Shown: positions 8,850-18,256, numbered from the stretch's first letter. The stretch: 64,000 nt of DNA from Kiritimatiellia bacterium (GCA_050950285.1 JBMNHG010000003.1:492337-556336), one strand, 5' to 3'. Notes: generated from the letters alone by a model not told the origin. Program-made: numbers and translations.

Positions 8850-11800
8850 GCCCTGGTGGGTGAATTCCTGCGGCCGGTACAGGTGAACCTGATAGACGAC
8901 GTTGTCGCCGTCGATCGGGCGCAACTGTGCGAAGGCCTCGGGTGCCGCCCAGTCGAGCGACTGTACGATGACCGGCGTTTCCGGGTCGATTGCACGAACG
9001 ATTTTTGCGGCCTTCTCATACGTGGCGAGATAATCGAGCGTCGTTGGCGGAAGTTCATGGACCGGTTCGTTCAAGAGGTCGTAGCCATAGATGACATCGG
9101 CGTTCCCCTTCGCGCGTGTGGCGATTTTTCGCCAGCAGTCGAAAAATCGCGTCAAGGCCACAGGGTCGGAGTAGATCGCCCAGTTCATCGAATCCCCCGC
9201 CCGGCCCCCGGGTGGGACATGGAGATCGACGACGACCTTCATCCCGCGCTTGCGCGCCTGTGGAAGAATGAAGTCCATGAGATGGTCCAGCTTGTCGTCC
9301 AGCCAGCGTTCGTATGCGGCATAGCCGCCTTTCATTTCGCCGTGTCGAAAGAAGTCTTCCGTCATTTGGTATCGCACCAGCGTCACGCCCCATTCCTGGA
9401 GCGTGTGAAAGTCGTCTTCGGTGCAAGGCCGCGCCGGGAGCATGACCCCCCGCCGCACTCCCGTGCGTCTGGCGGCGCTGGGTGTTGTTTGCGTGGTTTG
9501 GCGTGGTTCCCCGACGGCGTCGGCCAGCAAATCAAGCGCTTTCACACTGGCGCCGAGGCAGTTGATCCAGAAGCCATCGGCATCGGGACGCGTCAGCCAA
9601 TGTGTGCGGATTGAGCCGTCGGCATTCTGTATGTTTGTCATCGCATCGCCAAGCGCGCACGCCTTCGCAAGATCGAGACCGTCCCCGGTGGCTTTGTAAA
9701 GCGCGAGATAGGTGCGGATGAGTTTCGCGGCGGAGGCGTCGATGGGCATTTCCCAGCCGTGCTGCTCGCCGACGCCTGGGACGAACCAGTTCGTGTAGTC
9801 CCAGAGCCAGCTTGAAATGTCGTTTGGCACCGGCGTCCCCGTGCGGTAGCCGGTGCCGTCGGGACGGCAGGGCTTCTCCCAATAAACGAACTGGTCCTCG
9901 GCGAACCGAAGCAGTTCGCGGGCTTGAGCCAGGCGTTTCCGATCGCCCGGGAAGCGGTTGACGAGGTAGATCGCCGTCGAGCAGGCATTGTGCTTGGTGA
10001 GCGATCCATAGGGAGCCTGGGGTTCCACGTCCTCAAACTGCGCGTCCCAATTCCACGTCGTGAGCGGCCCTTTCTCGATGTAGCCGAAGGCGCGATCGGC
10101 GGCTCTGCGCCATACGGGATCCTCCGTCTTCTTGTAAAGCGCCTCGAAAAGCTCGATCATGTTCATCGGGAACGCCCGGTTGGGCACAACGGGGCTGCCG
10201 TCTTTTTCGTAAAGCTTCAGCGGCCACGTGCCGTCGTCGCCCTGCAGCTTCAAATAGGTTTTTCCGATGGCAAGCGCGGCACTTTCATATTTCGAATCGC
10301 CCGTCGCCTCATGAAGCCGCAGGTAGACGAGAGCCACCGGTGCTGGATAGAGGAGCATGTTCTGCCCGGCGTAGTCCTTGGCCTTGATCTTGTCGCCGAT
10401 GTACGTTGGGGGGAAATGCGCAAGGGGCGCCGAGGCCGGCTGGGAGATGCGAAGGAGATAGTCTGCCGCGGCACACGCCACGGCCAAGGCGTCCTCCGCA
10501 TGGTCGGGACGGCGTTTGGCGTAGTCGAGCATGGCGTTGATGACGCCCGTGTTCATTTTCGCAGGATAGCAGTTGAGGTCGTAGGCCGGATCGGGTTCGC
10601 CGTGCTTCGCGAGGTGCTGCGTGTTCGGCATCTGGTAGATATGCTCGCACGCCATGGCGGCGGCTTCGGCGTAGGGGCGCGCCGCGGGCGGGTAGGCTCC
10701 GGGGCGAAACGGCGCGGACTTCCAGAAGCGCCGCACCCCCGCTTCGCCGCAGGCCCGGCCTTCCGCATCGACTCCTTCGCAGTGGACTTGCACGAGACCG
10801 GTCGGGAGTTGCATCCACACGGGTTCCAGCGTGCTGTTCGGCGAGGCGGTCTCCATCGTCAGCGCCGGGGAATCGTCATCGACGAGGGCGAGCGTGTAGC
10901 GGTAGCGCGTCGCGCCCGGGATCCGGCGGAAGTCGAACGACGGCGGGTACATGAACATCCAACTGTTCCGGTTCCAGAACGGCTGCCCGTTGACGCCCGC
11001 CGGGCGCACGGGCTTGGCGACATCCGCCGCGACGGCGGCAGCCAAATCTTCCTTGACGCGAAGGACGTCGTCGCCGCCGCCTTGTCCCGCCGTCAGATGT
11101 TCCGCACCGACTTTTGCTTGCAAGCTTCCGCCTCCTTGATCTGAAAACTTCACGACGGCCATGCCGCCAGGCCACCAGCCGTGCGTCGTCCCTTGCCGCC
11201 AGACAATGCTTTTCGGCCCTTTGAGGTTGTTGTACACGATCGCCGCGCCGAAGGGCGGACAGGTGTAGTCGCCAAGTCCCTGCGAAAGGGAGACAGGAAC
11301 GGTAATGCGCTTGGCAAAATTGCAGATGTCGTAGTAGTTCATTTCCTCGACACGCTGCGCCAGGTCGCCCGTCGCCCGTCCGTATTGGAATCCGAAGACG
11401 TCCCCCAGCGCCGGGGCGCCCACATCGACGCTCGTGATGCCGGGCACGAGTGCCGCCATCCAGAGGGACTGCATGGCGCCCCCGGACGACCCTTTCGATT
11501 CGAGGGTCTTCCCATCCCATTCGGGCAGGGACTTGAGGAAGCGGAACATCATCATGCCCCGCAGCGCCATGCCGCGGAAATGGTCGGGGCCATACGGCGG
11601 ATTTTTGAGAAAGGGCTTGTAGTATTCCTCTTCGCGATCGCCTTCGCATCCGTGGCGGTTGATGTACATCTGAATGCCATCGACGGTGTTGGTAATCCAT
11701 GCCGGGCATGTTTCGCGCCACATGTAGTAGCCGGAAAGGTGGCCTGTCGCTTTGACCCGATGTGTCGCGCTGGCGTCCTTGGGAATGGCGAGGTACCCCG

Positions 11801-12383
11801 TCATGGGCATGTAGCCGTCGAGGATCGGAATCTTGACCTGCCAAAGGTTGAGCTTCGGGTTGGGGCAAGGCAGGGGTTTCCGCTCGATCACGCGGAGGGG
11901 CAGGCCGTCGACCAGCGCCTTCTCCGCCGCCCAATGCGCATCGAAGTCCTTTGGCTCGGGCCAGGCCTGGAGCTTTTCGATCGCCACGCCGGCACCCCCC
12001 TGAAAGAAGACGCGCTTCTCCCAGAGATGGTCTTTGGGAACGCGCTTGCCCGTCTTGTCCACGAGATTTGCCTCGATCTTGACAAACCCCGGACGATCCA
12101 GCTTTGTGCGGATGACGAGCGGGGTCTGCAGCGACGCGGGCACGCTTCCGTGTTCCGTCAGGCCGTCGTTCGCCGTTCGCTCCCACGCGATGAAATAGTC
12201 CCCTGCGGGGATTTCCCCTTTCACGCCTTCGAGCGTGAGCGTGAAAACCATTTCCTCGCCGGGCTCGAAGAAACACCGGTCGCCTGGCGTGTGCCCCACG
12301 ATCAGAGCGTCGTTCCAATCAACCGCACGGCAATGTCCAGTCATTATCGTTATCGCCGCAAGCGTCGTGAATACTGTTTTCAT
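8748..12383 (-). CDS. Secreted multidomain protein: acetyl xylan esterase-like (CE7/AXE1) + alpha/alpha-toroid-like domain + GH5 (C-terminus frameshifted)
   Basis: Signal peptide MKTVFTTLAAITIMTGHCRA. EPKDFDAHW, KGSSGG, GLGDYTCPP, THGW (esterase). QGDDGTWP/QNADGSI helical repeats. VVVDLH, YGYDLLNEP, VYQVHLY (GH5). Confidence 0.8.
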   Translation of the reverse strand: MKTVFTTLAAITIMTGHCRAVDWNDALIVGHTPGDRCFFEPGEEMVFTLTLEGVKGEIPAGDYFIAWERTANDGLTEHGSVPASLQTPLVIRTKLDRPGFVKIEANLVDKTGKRVPKDHLWEKRVFFQGGAGVAIEKLQAWPEPKDFDAHWAAEKALVDGLPLRVIERKPLPCPNPKLNLWQVKIPILDGYMPMTGYLAIPKDASATHRVKATGHLSGYYMWRETCPAWITNTVDGIQMYINRHGCEGDREEEYYKPFLKNPPYGPDHFRGMALRGMMMFRFLKSLPEWDGKTLESKGSSGGAMQSLWMAALVPGITSVDVGAPALGDVFGFQYGRATGDLAQRVEEMNYYDICNFAKRITVPVSLSQGLGDYTCPPFGAAIVYNNLKGPKSIVWRQGTTHGWWPGGMAVVKFSDQGGGSLQAKVGAEHLTAGQGGGDDVLRVKEDLAAAVAADVAKPVRPAGVNGQPFWNRNSWMFMYPPSFDFRRIPGATRYRYTLALVDDDSPALTMETASPNSTLEPVWMQLPTGLVQVHCEGVDAEGRACGEAGVRRFWKSAPFRPGAYPPAARPYAEAAAMACEHIYQMPNTQHLAKHGEPDPAYDLNCYPAKMNTGVINAMLDYAKRRPDHAEDALAVACAAADYLLRISQPASAPLAHFPPTYIGDKIKAKDYAGQNMLLYPAPVALVYLRLHEATGDSKYESAALAIGKTYLKLQGDDGTWPLKLYEKDGSPVVPNRAFPMNMIELFEALYKKTEDPVWRRAADRAFGYIEKGPLTTWNWDAQFEDVEPQAPYGSLTKHNACSTAIYLVNRFPGDRKRLAQARELLRFAEDQFVYWEKPCRPDGTGYRTGTPVPNDISSWLWDYTNWFVPGVGEQHGWEMPIDASAAKLIRTYLALYKATGDGLDLAKACALGDAMTNIQNADGSIRTHWLTRPDADGFWINCLGASVKALDLLADAVGEPRQTTQTTPSAARRTGVRRGVMLPARPCTEDDFHTLQEWGVTLVRYQMTEDFFRHGEMKGGYAAYERWLDDKLDHLMDFILPQARKRGMKVVVDLHVPPGGRAGDSMNWAIYSDPVALTRFFDCWRKIATRAKGNADVIYGYDLLNEPVHELPPTTLDYLATYEKAAKIVRAIDPETPVIVQSLDWAAPEAFAQLRPIDGDNVVYQVHLYRPQEFTHQGAGRRHEGGCRLAGCREGLGARLSPPKACGSSRF

Positions 12384-12446
12384 TCGGCAATCCACTTTCG
12401 ACTGCTTCCATGCGCCACCCTGATCGGGCGGCGACGACGGGGAAGC

Positions 12447-14684
12447 TTATCGAAGGATCAGCAACGTTTCTCGAATGGTGATCGCTGCTCCGCCATTCCG
12501 CCACGTCACGGTCTCCAACGATGGCTCGCCATTGATGTACACCGCCCAGTTCTTCACGTTCGCAACGTCCGACGCATCGGTGAATGTGATCGGGATTGCA
12601 GCGCCACGCAGCGCCTTCGGATCGGCGACGTTCACGAGGTGAAACGCGCCGGTCGGTGCGAACCGGACGTTCTTCAACGTTCCGCCTTCGAGAACCCAGT
12701 CCACGGAAAGGTTGGAAACCGTTTGCCCGTCGCGAACGAGCGAGCAGTCGAGCGTCGCGCCCTTTTCGACTCGGACATGCGCTGTTGCAGGCAGGCCGCC
12801 GTCGGTCGTTTCGCTCGGCGCTTGCTGGGCAAAATGCAGCATGTTGGTCGGCCAACCGTCGTTGTTGGGCGTGCCGTATCCGCCGTTGTTGTACCACTTC
12901 TGCCCATTCACGACGTTGGGATAGTCCTTTTGCTCGTCCATCAGCTCCCACGTCCCGTCTGCGCCCGTCGGGCTGGATTCCAGCGACCACGTGCGCGGGA
13001 AGCACGTGACGTCAGCCCACTGCGTCTTTAAATTATAGCCGCAGGCCATGTTTCCATCGGGAATCCGATACGTCCAGGCAACCCAGGTGTTCGGGTAGTC
13101 GGGATTGGGCTTCGGGTAGTCGAACTGACAATGGTATACTGCCGAGCTAAACCAGATCCTGCTTGGAGAACCAACGGAACAGGAATAGCCGTTGGGCGAC
13201 GACACATTGTACTGGCGGGGCGCAAAGGACGTCGCATCTCCAGTGTTCAGGGTGTAGTAATCCCCCGTTCCTCCATCCCATGGGCCTGCGCCGCCATCGA
13301 CGAATCGCATGTTGGCGTCCAAAAGTCGCACGGGCCCGATTTGCAGCGTGTTGTTCGGCGCTTGCGTGCCTTTCACGGTGAAGCGCCACCAGCGGTTGTC
13401 GGTTCCGGCCGCCTGGTTCCCGAAGACGAGACTGCCGGCGGCCACGCAAAGATTGGTGATGCCGGAAACCGTGTCGCCGATGTAGTACAGCGTGCCCGCG
13501 CCCGATTTCGTCACGGATCCCACCAGCGGTTCAGCGTCGCCATCGTAAAGGGTTCTCTTTGCAATGACGAGCGTTCCGACGATGGTGCCGCCGTTGCGCA
13601 GTTCAATGTCGCCGCCGTTGTAGGCGCCGGCTCGGACGATTCCGCCGTCAATGATCAATTTGGCTCCAGGCCTGAGGGAAAGATTGCCAATCTGAACGTC
13701 CGTGCCCGGGATTGCAGGCTGGATCGTCGTCGTCCCATTTTCGAGGACGAGCCTCGGAATCGCGTTGCAGCCGATGGCGAAGCTTCCCGTCCCGCGCTTG
13801 ACGACCGACACGCCGCCATACACCGGGGCGTCCAGGATCGAGCCATCCGCCTCGAATATCAGACTGGCGGTTCCCCATGCGGTGTTCACGTCGTTGGTGA
13901 TGTAGGCCACCGCCTCCGCTTTCTGGATCGGGTCCTGGAGGGTAATCGGAACGACACGGATGCGTTCGGCTCTCTGGTTCTGCCAATTCATCTCGATCAC
14001 GCCGCCCGCCGAGCCATCCGGGGAGCCGAGCCAGATGTCGCCCTTGGGAAGGATGTAGGGGGCGTAGCAGAAAATCCAACCGTTGCGTCCTGCATGGCAT
14101 CGGCCGAAATACGTGCCGCCCGTGTGTCCCCAATCCGCCGTTTCGACGTTGGAGAGAAACAAACGCAGGCGTGTGTCGGCCACGATCCAGTCTGTCAGGA
14201 TGTGGAGCGCGCCAGCGCCCTCGGTTGTCACACGCCCTTGGCCGACATTGTAGAACTTCCACTGCGAATTCACGTGGCTGAAGACGATGGGATTCGCATT
14301 GTCGCTCACGAGCTTCACCCTGCTCCCCTCGGCGGTGATGAACCAATAGGATCCCCAGCCGCCGGCGTCGATCAGGCGCCCCCCGTTGAAGTGGATGGAG
14401 GTCAAGGCGTTGTTGATGCTTCTCAGATGGCTCAGCCATAGGCTGCTCCCGCTTTCCAGACGGATGGATACGGTGTGGCTGTCGTTGGTCAGGCTGCCAA
14501 AGCCCACGTGCACGTTGTTCGATATCGTGATCGTGGCGTCGCCCGTGATGATGACGGGCAGGCTGATCTGACTGGCCGAGGTGACGACGAAATCTCCGCT
14601 GACGACCGTCGCCGCCATTGCGGAAAGGCAGGCAAAGAAGCAGAGTGCCATCCAGAATGCCATTTGAATCCCTGGTCTTCTCAT
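12447..14684 (-). CDS. Secreted beta-strand-rich protein resembling an autotransporter passenger, with a discoidin-like insert; no barrel; C-terminal RETLLILR tag
   Basis: GGAGG RBS before ATG 14684; signal peptide ...FACLSAMA. Passenger-type repeats VVKRGTGSFAI and VTKSGAGTLYY. RWWRFTVK...PRTWSLESS...WELMDE segment. Confidence 0.75.
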   Translation of the reverse strand: MRRPGIQMAFWMALCFFACLSAMAATVVSGDFVVTSASQISLPVIITGDATITISNNVHVGFGSLTNDSHTVSIRLESGSSLWLSHLRSINNALTSIHFNGGRLIDAGGWGSYWFITAEGSRVKLVSDNANPIVFSHVNSQWKFYNVGQGRVTTEGAGALHILTDWIVADTRLRLFLSNVETADWGHTGGTYFGRCHAGRNGWIFCYAPYILPKGDIWLGSPDGSAGGVIEMNWQNQRAERIRVVPITLQDPIQKAEAVAYITNDVNTAWGTASLIFEADGSILDAPVYGGVSVVKRGTGSFAIGCNAIPRLVLENGTTTIQPAIPGTDVQIGNLSLRPGAKLIIDGGIVRAGAYNGGDIELRNGGTIVGTLVIAKRTLYDGDAEPLVGSVTKSGAGTLYYIGDTVSGITNLCVAAGSLVFGNQAAGTDNRWWRFTVKGTQAPNNTLQIGPVRLLDANMRFVDGGAGPWDGGTGDYYTLNTGDATSFAPRQYNVSSPNGYSCSVGSPSRIWFSSAVYHCQFDYPKPNPDYPNTWVAWTYRIPDGNMACGYNLKTQWADVTCFPRTWSLESSPTGADGTWELMDEQKDYPNVVNGQKWYNNGGYGTPNNDGWPTNMLHFAQQAPSETTDGGLPATAHVRVEKGATLDCSLVRDGQTVSNLSVDWVLEGGTLKNVRFAPTGAFHLVNVADPKALRGAAIPITFTDASDVANVKNWAVYINGEPSLETVTWRNGGAAITIRETLLILR

Positions 14685-14924
14685 TTTCAGTTCCTCCATT
14701 GGTTGTCGTTTTGCTCCACGTCGAACGGCCTGGTCCTCGCTGGACACAAGTCGCCGAAGTTGGTGCCATTATAACCCGGGTCAAGTCTTTTCGATAGACT
14801 CTATTTTTAGCAATAGGTCACGATTCTGGAAAACAAGTTTCTGCAATGTCGATTCAGCATGACGCATCCGGGGGCCCTTCAAAGGCCGCTGTTCAAGCAA
14901 CTGGGTTCGTGATAGACTGCCTTC

Positions 14925-16103
14925 ATGAAACGGAGGTCCGCCGATCGGAACAAGCGCGTCGTCGCCGCCCTGTCACTGGATGTCTATTCCGGACAGCGGA
15001 AGCTGTACGGCATGATCGACTATTTCAACGAACGGTTCACGGCCGATTCCAGAAAGTGGGACATGGACATCGTGTATGGATACGTCGCCCTGACCGAAAG
15101 CGTCGTTCGACATGCGACGCGCGACGGTGTCGACGGATTCATCTTGTTGTGCCATCCGCCCGCGCATACGATTTCAGCCCTGGCGAAGACGCGCATCCCC
15201 GCCATCATCGAAACCTCCTTCGAAGCGCCTTTCGAGCATGCCCCCGGCCTCGTCCAGATATTCTGCGATACGCGAGCGCTCGCCCAGGCCGCCGCGCACC
15301 ATTTCGCCGCGCGCCAGGTTTTCAAGGCCTATGGCTACGTCAACACGAGAAAGGAGGAGCCTTGGTCGAAAGGGCGTGGACGCCATTTCGCCGAAGCGCT
15401 TGCCGAGCGCGGACACGATTGCTCGATCTGCCGCCCCCGTCGCGAATCGCTGGCGGACTGGCTCGCAGCCCTCGCCCGCCCCGCGGCAGTCTGCGCGGCA
15501 AACGACGCAACCGCCCGAACCGTCGCCACGGCTTGCCTCAAAGCAGGCCTGAAGATTCCCGACGACATCGCCATCCTGGGCTTTGACGACGATCCGGTCT
15601 TCTGCCTCGGCCCCGAACCGCGGCTTTCATCTGTGGCCCAGGACTTCTTCCAGTGCGGACGACTTGCCGCAGAGGCGCTCGACCGCCTCATGCATGGCGA
15701 TCGAACCGTTCCGAAAACGCTTTCGTATGGCGCTCGAAATGTCGTGATCCGCGAATCGACCATGCGCAACTCGCCGCATGTCGGCATCGTGCAGAAGGCC
15801 TTGGACTTCATCGACGAGAATTGCTGCGAGAACATTGGCGCGGATGACGTGGCGGGGCATCTGGGCGTCTCGCGCCGGCTCATCGACCTTCGCTTCCAAG
15901 AGATCCTCGGCCATTCGATCTACAGCATCCTGCGCGACCGGAAGCTGGAGGAAGTCAAGCGACGCCTTCGCACAACCGACGAGTCGATCGCCGACATTAC
16001 CGCCGCTTGCGGATACACGAACAAAACCCATCTCAAGAACCTTTTCCGAAAGCGCTTCGACATGTCCATGCGCGAGTACCGGGAAAACCAGAGGCAGTCC
16101 TGA
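14925..16103 (+). CDS. XylR-type transcriptional regulator (LacI-like plus AraC HTH)
   Basis: WLAALARPAAVCAAND, KIPDDIAILGFDDD...PRLSSV, CGYTNKTHLKNLFRKRFDMSMREYR. Divergent from the 14684 gene. Confidence 0.9.
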   Translation: MKRRSADRNKRVVAALSLDVYSGQRKLYGMIDYFNERFTADSRKWDMDIVYGYVALTESVVRHATRDGVDGFILLCHPPAHTISALAKTRIPAIIETSFEAPFEHAPGLVQIFCDTRALAQAAAHHFAARQVFKAYGYVNTRKEEPWSKGRGRHFAEALAERGHDCSICRPRRESLADWLAALARPAAVCAANDATARTVATACLKAGLKIPDDIAILGFDDDPVFCLGPEPRLSSVAQDFFQCGRLAAEALDRLMHGDRTVPKTLSYGARNVVIRESTMRNSPHVGIVQKALDFIDENCCENIGADDVAGHLGVSRRLIDLRFQEILGHSIYSILRDRKLEEVKRRLRTTDESIADITAACGYTNKTHLKNLFRKRFDMSMREYRENQRQS

Positions 16104-16274
16104 CAAACCGACTGCCAGCCGCCAGTGGCCAGAGTCGCAGGGCAGCGTTGTCGCGATCTTTGTCGCGAACTTTGTCGAAACTGGGTATGCAGTTGGCTCA
16201 ACCAGACACAACATCTTGTGGCGGCACGATTTTTGATCGCGGGTTGGGGGCTGTGACGACCGCCAATAATGCTA

Positions 16275-16424
16275 CTAACCCGGCCACAAATAGCGCTGCT
16301 CACGGAGATTCAGGCATGAGGAGCTGGAATTTGGAATTGGGAAAGGGGCACGGACATTCCTGTCCGTGTCACGGGTTGGAAAACCCGTTCCCCTGTTTTG
16401 CAGTATGAATTGTGGCCGAGTTAG
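16275..16424. mobile_element. 150-bp IS630-like MITE nested inside the IS1595 remnant
   Basis: 15-bp TIRs CTAACCCGGCCACAA / TTGTGGCCGAGTTAG (1 mismatch). TA duplication at 16273-16274 and 16425-16426 in a CTAG target. Removal restores the transposase tail LLFDKLALLAVVTAPNPRSKIVPPQDVVSG*. Confidence 0.75.
16344..16394. repeat. Inverted REP-like doublet inside the nested MITE
   Basis: AGGGGCACGGACATTCCTGTCCGTG and CACGGGTTGGAAAACCCGTTCCCCT: two hairpins with shared AGGGG outer ends, in inverted orientation. Confidence 0.65.
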
Positions 16425-16611
16425 TAGCTTGTCAAACAGCAGAACGCGGCTCTTCGTGGTTCCCAGCGTCGCCAAATAAGCCAGACAGGCGTCCTGCGTC
16501 GCAAACCTGCGGTCCAATTCGGCCATGCTGGTCGGATAGTCGTTTATGGATGGTCATACTACAGGTTGTGGCAGGTTGAGTCAACTGCATACCCAGTTTG
16601 TCGAATTTTCA

Positions 16612-16737
16612 AGATCGGCCGGATCAGACGGATCAGGCCGATTGGGCCGATCATTGTTCCCACCGCCCCTGGGAACGCGAGGCTCCGGACTCGCCCCGCA
16701 TCCCACGTCCATTGCCCGCGGAGACCGCGGTCCCCAG
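16612..16737. repeat. Short GATC-containing tandem repeats followed by a REP-like doublet (second copy of the 6146-6199 repeat)
   Basis: GGATCAGAC-GGATCAGGC-CGATTGGGC-CGATC. 16647-16700 matches 6146-6199 at 50/54. CTGGGAACGCGAG...CCGCGGAGACCGCGGTCCCCAG. Confidence 0.7.
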
Positions 16738-16861
16738 CGACACGGCTCCCATGGGCGAACCAAACGCCAATGCGCTGGAGCCCGCCGCGTGTCACCACCT
16801 GCGCCCATTCGCCCGCGCTCGGCGCGGTGCCTCGGTGAGTGGGCGCAGAAAGATCTTTTGC

Positions 16862-18256
16862 CTACTCGCCTGACGAATAGGGCCAGTCGCGGCCTTCGTA
16901 CTGGGGCGGGACGTAGCCGTGCTGGGAGCCTTGGACCCAGAGGATCTTCTTGTTGCCCGGGATGGCGTTGTAGAGCTTGGCGATGCCCGTCGGCGGGCAG
17001 CAGTAGTCGCCGATGCCGGCGCGGGCGATGACCGTCATGCAGGTTTGGGGAATTCGCTTCCCCCAGTTCACGGCGTCGTAGTAGCCCATGGCGTCGGTCC
17101 ACTCGATGTACCAGCCGTCGGAGGCGAGCTTGTTGGCGGGATCCTTGCGGAGGAGGCCGTTCATGCGCATGTCGCAGCACCAGGTGATGCCCGAGTCGGC
17201 GCGCGTCACGCCTTCGCCGCAGCCGGCGGCCCAGATGGTCTGGAGCCCGCCCTGGCTTCCGCCGGAGGCGATGAGGTCGGTTCCGTTCCAGCCTTCGACG
17301 GTCTTCAGGTACTGGAGCGCGCGCTTGACGCGGAGCACCATGCCGTTGAAGTAGGCGACTTCGGGGTCGGCGTTCTGCTTCGGGTCGAAGGCGTAGGCGT
17401 GGCCGTGGGAGCGGATCTCCCAGCGCAGGGCCTTGGTGTCGGCTTCGGTGGCGCCAAACGCCGGAAGCTTGAGGCCGTGGGCATTGATGTTCAAGATGAT
17501 TTCATTGTCGCGCATCCAGCCGGGCGCGCCGTGCGAGCAGCCGTCTCCGCTGTAGCCGTGCGTCTCGAGCCTCGCGGGGAATTTTTCCCCTTCGTCCACG
17601 GCCTTCGGCACGGCCAGATAGCCCGTCACCGGGCGCAGCCCGGCGCAATCGACGCGAACGGCGAAAATCCGCGAATTGGGGTTCGAGTTGGGGAGTTCGA
17701 TGCGGTCGGCCTTGACGGGCACGCGATCGAGCCGCTTCCACTGGCCTTCCCAGAACGCATCGAAGTCCTCCGGCTCCGGGTCGGGGGCGAGGCTTGCGAC
17801 ATCGGCTCCGGCGCCGCCATCGAAGAAGACGTCCTTGCGGGCGCGCTCGAATTCGTTCATGGCCTTTTGGCCTTCGGGCGTCGTGGTGTCGCCGGTGAAG
17901 CTCTTCTGGAAGGTCTTCCCGTCCTTGTCCACGACCTTGGCGTACAGGCGGAAGAAGCCGGGGGCGTCGAGGCGGTTGGTGAACACGAAGGGCGTCCTGC
18001 CATCGAACGGCAGCCGCCCGCCGTCCTTGACGCCGTCGTCGCCCGATCGGCTCCAGTCGAGGAAGTATTCGCCTTCCGCGACCTCGCCCTCGACGTTCAT
18101 GGGCGTGAGCGTGAGCACGATGTCCTCGCCCGTCTTGTACGAGACCGGATCCTTGTCGGTGGTTCCCTTGAGCCAGGCGTGGTCCAGCGGGCCGGCGGCC
18201 GCGACGGAAAGCAGGGAGGCGAGCAGTCCAAGGGAGAGAAGCAGACGTGTGTGCAT
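16862..18256 (-). CDS. Secreted acetyl xylan esterase-like carbohydrate esterase (CE7/AXE1-like)
   Basis: Signal peptide; EPEDFDAFW, SGGSQGG nucleophile elbow, GIGDYCCPP, SQHGY. Confidence 0.85.
   Translation of the reverse strand: MHTRLLLSLGLLASLLSVAAAGPLDHAWLKGTTDKDPVSYKTGEDIVLTLTPMNVEGEVAEGEYFLDWSRSGDDGVKDGGRLPFDGRTPFVFTNRLDAPGFFRLYAKVVDKDGKTFQKSFTGDTTTPEGQKAMNEFERARKDVFFDGGAGADVASLAPDPEPEDFDAFWEGQWKRLDRVPVKADRIELPNSNPNSRIFAVRVDCAGLRPVTGYLAVPKAVDEGEKFPARLETHGYSGDGCSHGAPGWMRDNEIILNINAHGLKLPAFGATEADTKALRWEIRSHGHAYAFDPKQNADPEVAYFNGMVLRVKRALQYLKTVEGWNGTDLIASGGSQGGLQTIWAAGCGEGVTRADSGITWCCDMRMNGLLRKDPANKLASDGWYIEWTDAMGYYDAVNWGKRIPQTCMTVIARAGIGDYCCPPTGIAKLYNAIPGNKKILWVQGSQHGYVPPQYEGRDWPYSSGE

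Larger units (their letters stand above)
16180..16597 (-). mobile_element. Internally deleted IS1595-family element (MITE-like, 418 bp)
   Basis: TIRs of about 33 bp (ACTGGGTATGCAGTTGgCTCAACCaGaCACAAC) with 3 mismatches. 8-bp TSD TTGTCGAA at 16172-16179 and 16598-16605. Residual transposase N-terminus DYPTSMAELDRRFATQDACLAYLA fused to C-terminus KSRVLLFDKL. Confidence 0.85.

Noticed and set aside
8590..8860. Programmed ribosomal frameshifting in the GH5 domain
   Set aside because: No slippery heptamer or stimulatory element seen, and two consecutive +1 shifts are more simply indel errors or decay.
14752..14770. Sigma54 promoter at minus-strand TGGCAC upstream of the 14684 gene
   Set aside because: No GC at the -12 position (reads TGGCAC-CAACT-TCGG); the adjacent TATAAT fits sigma70 better.
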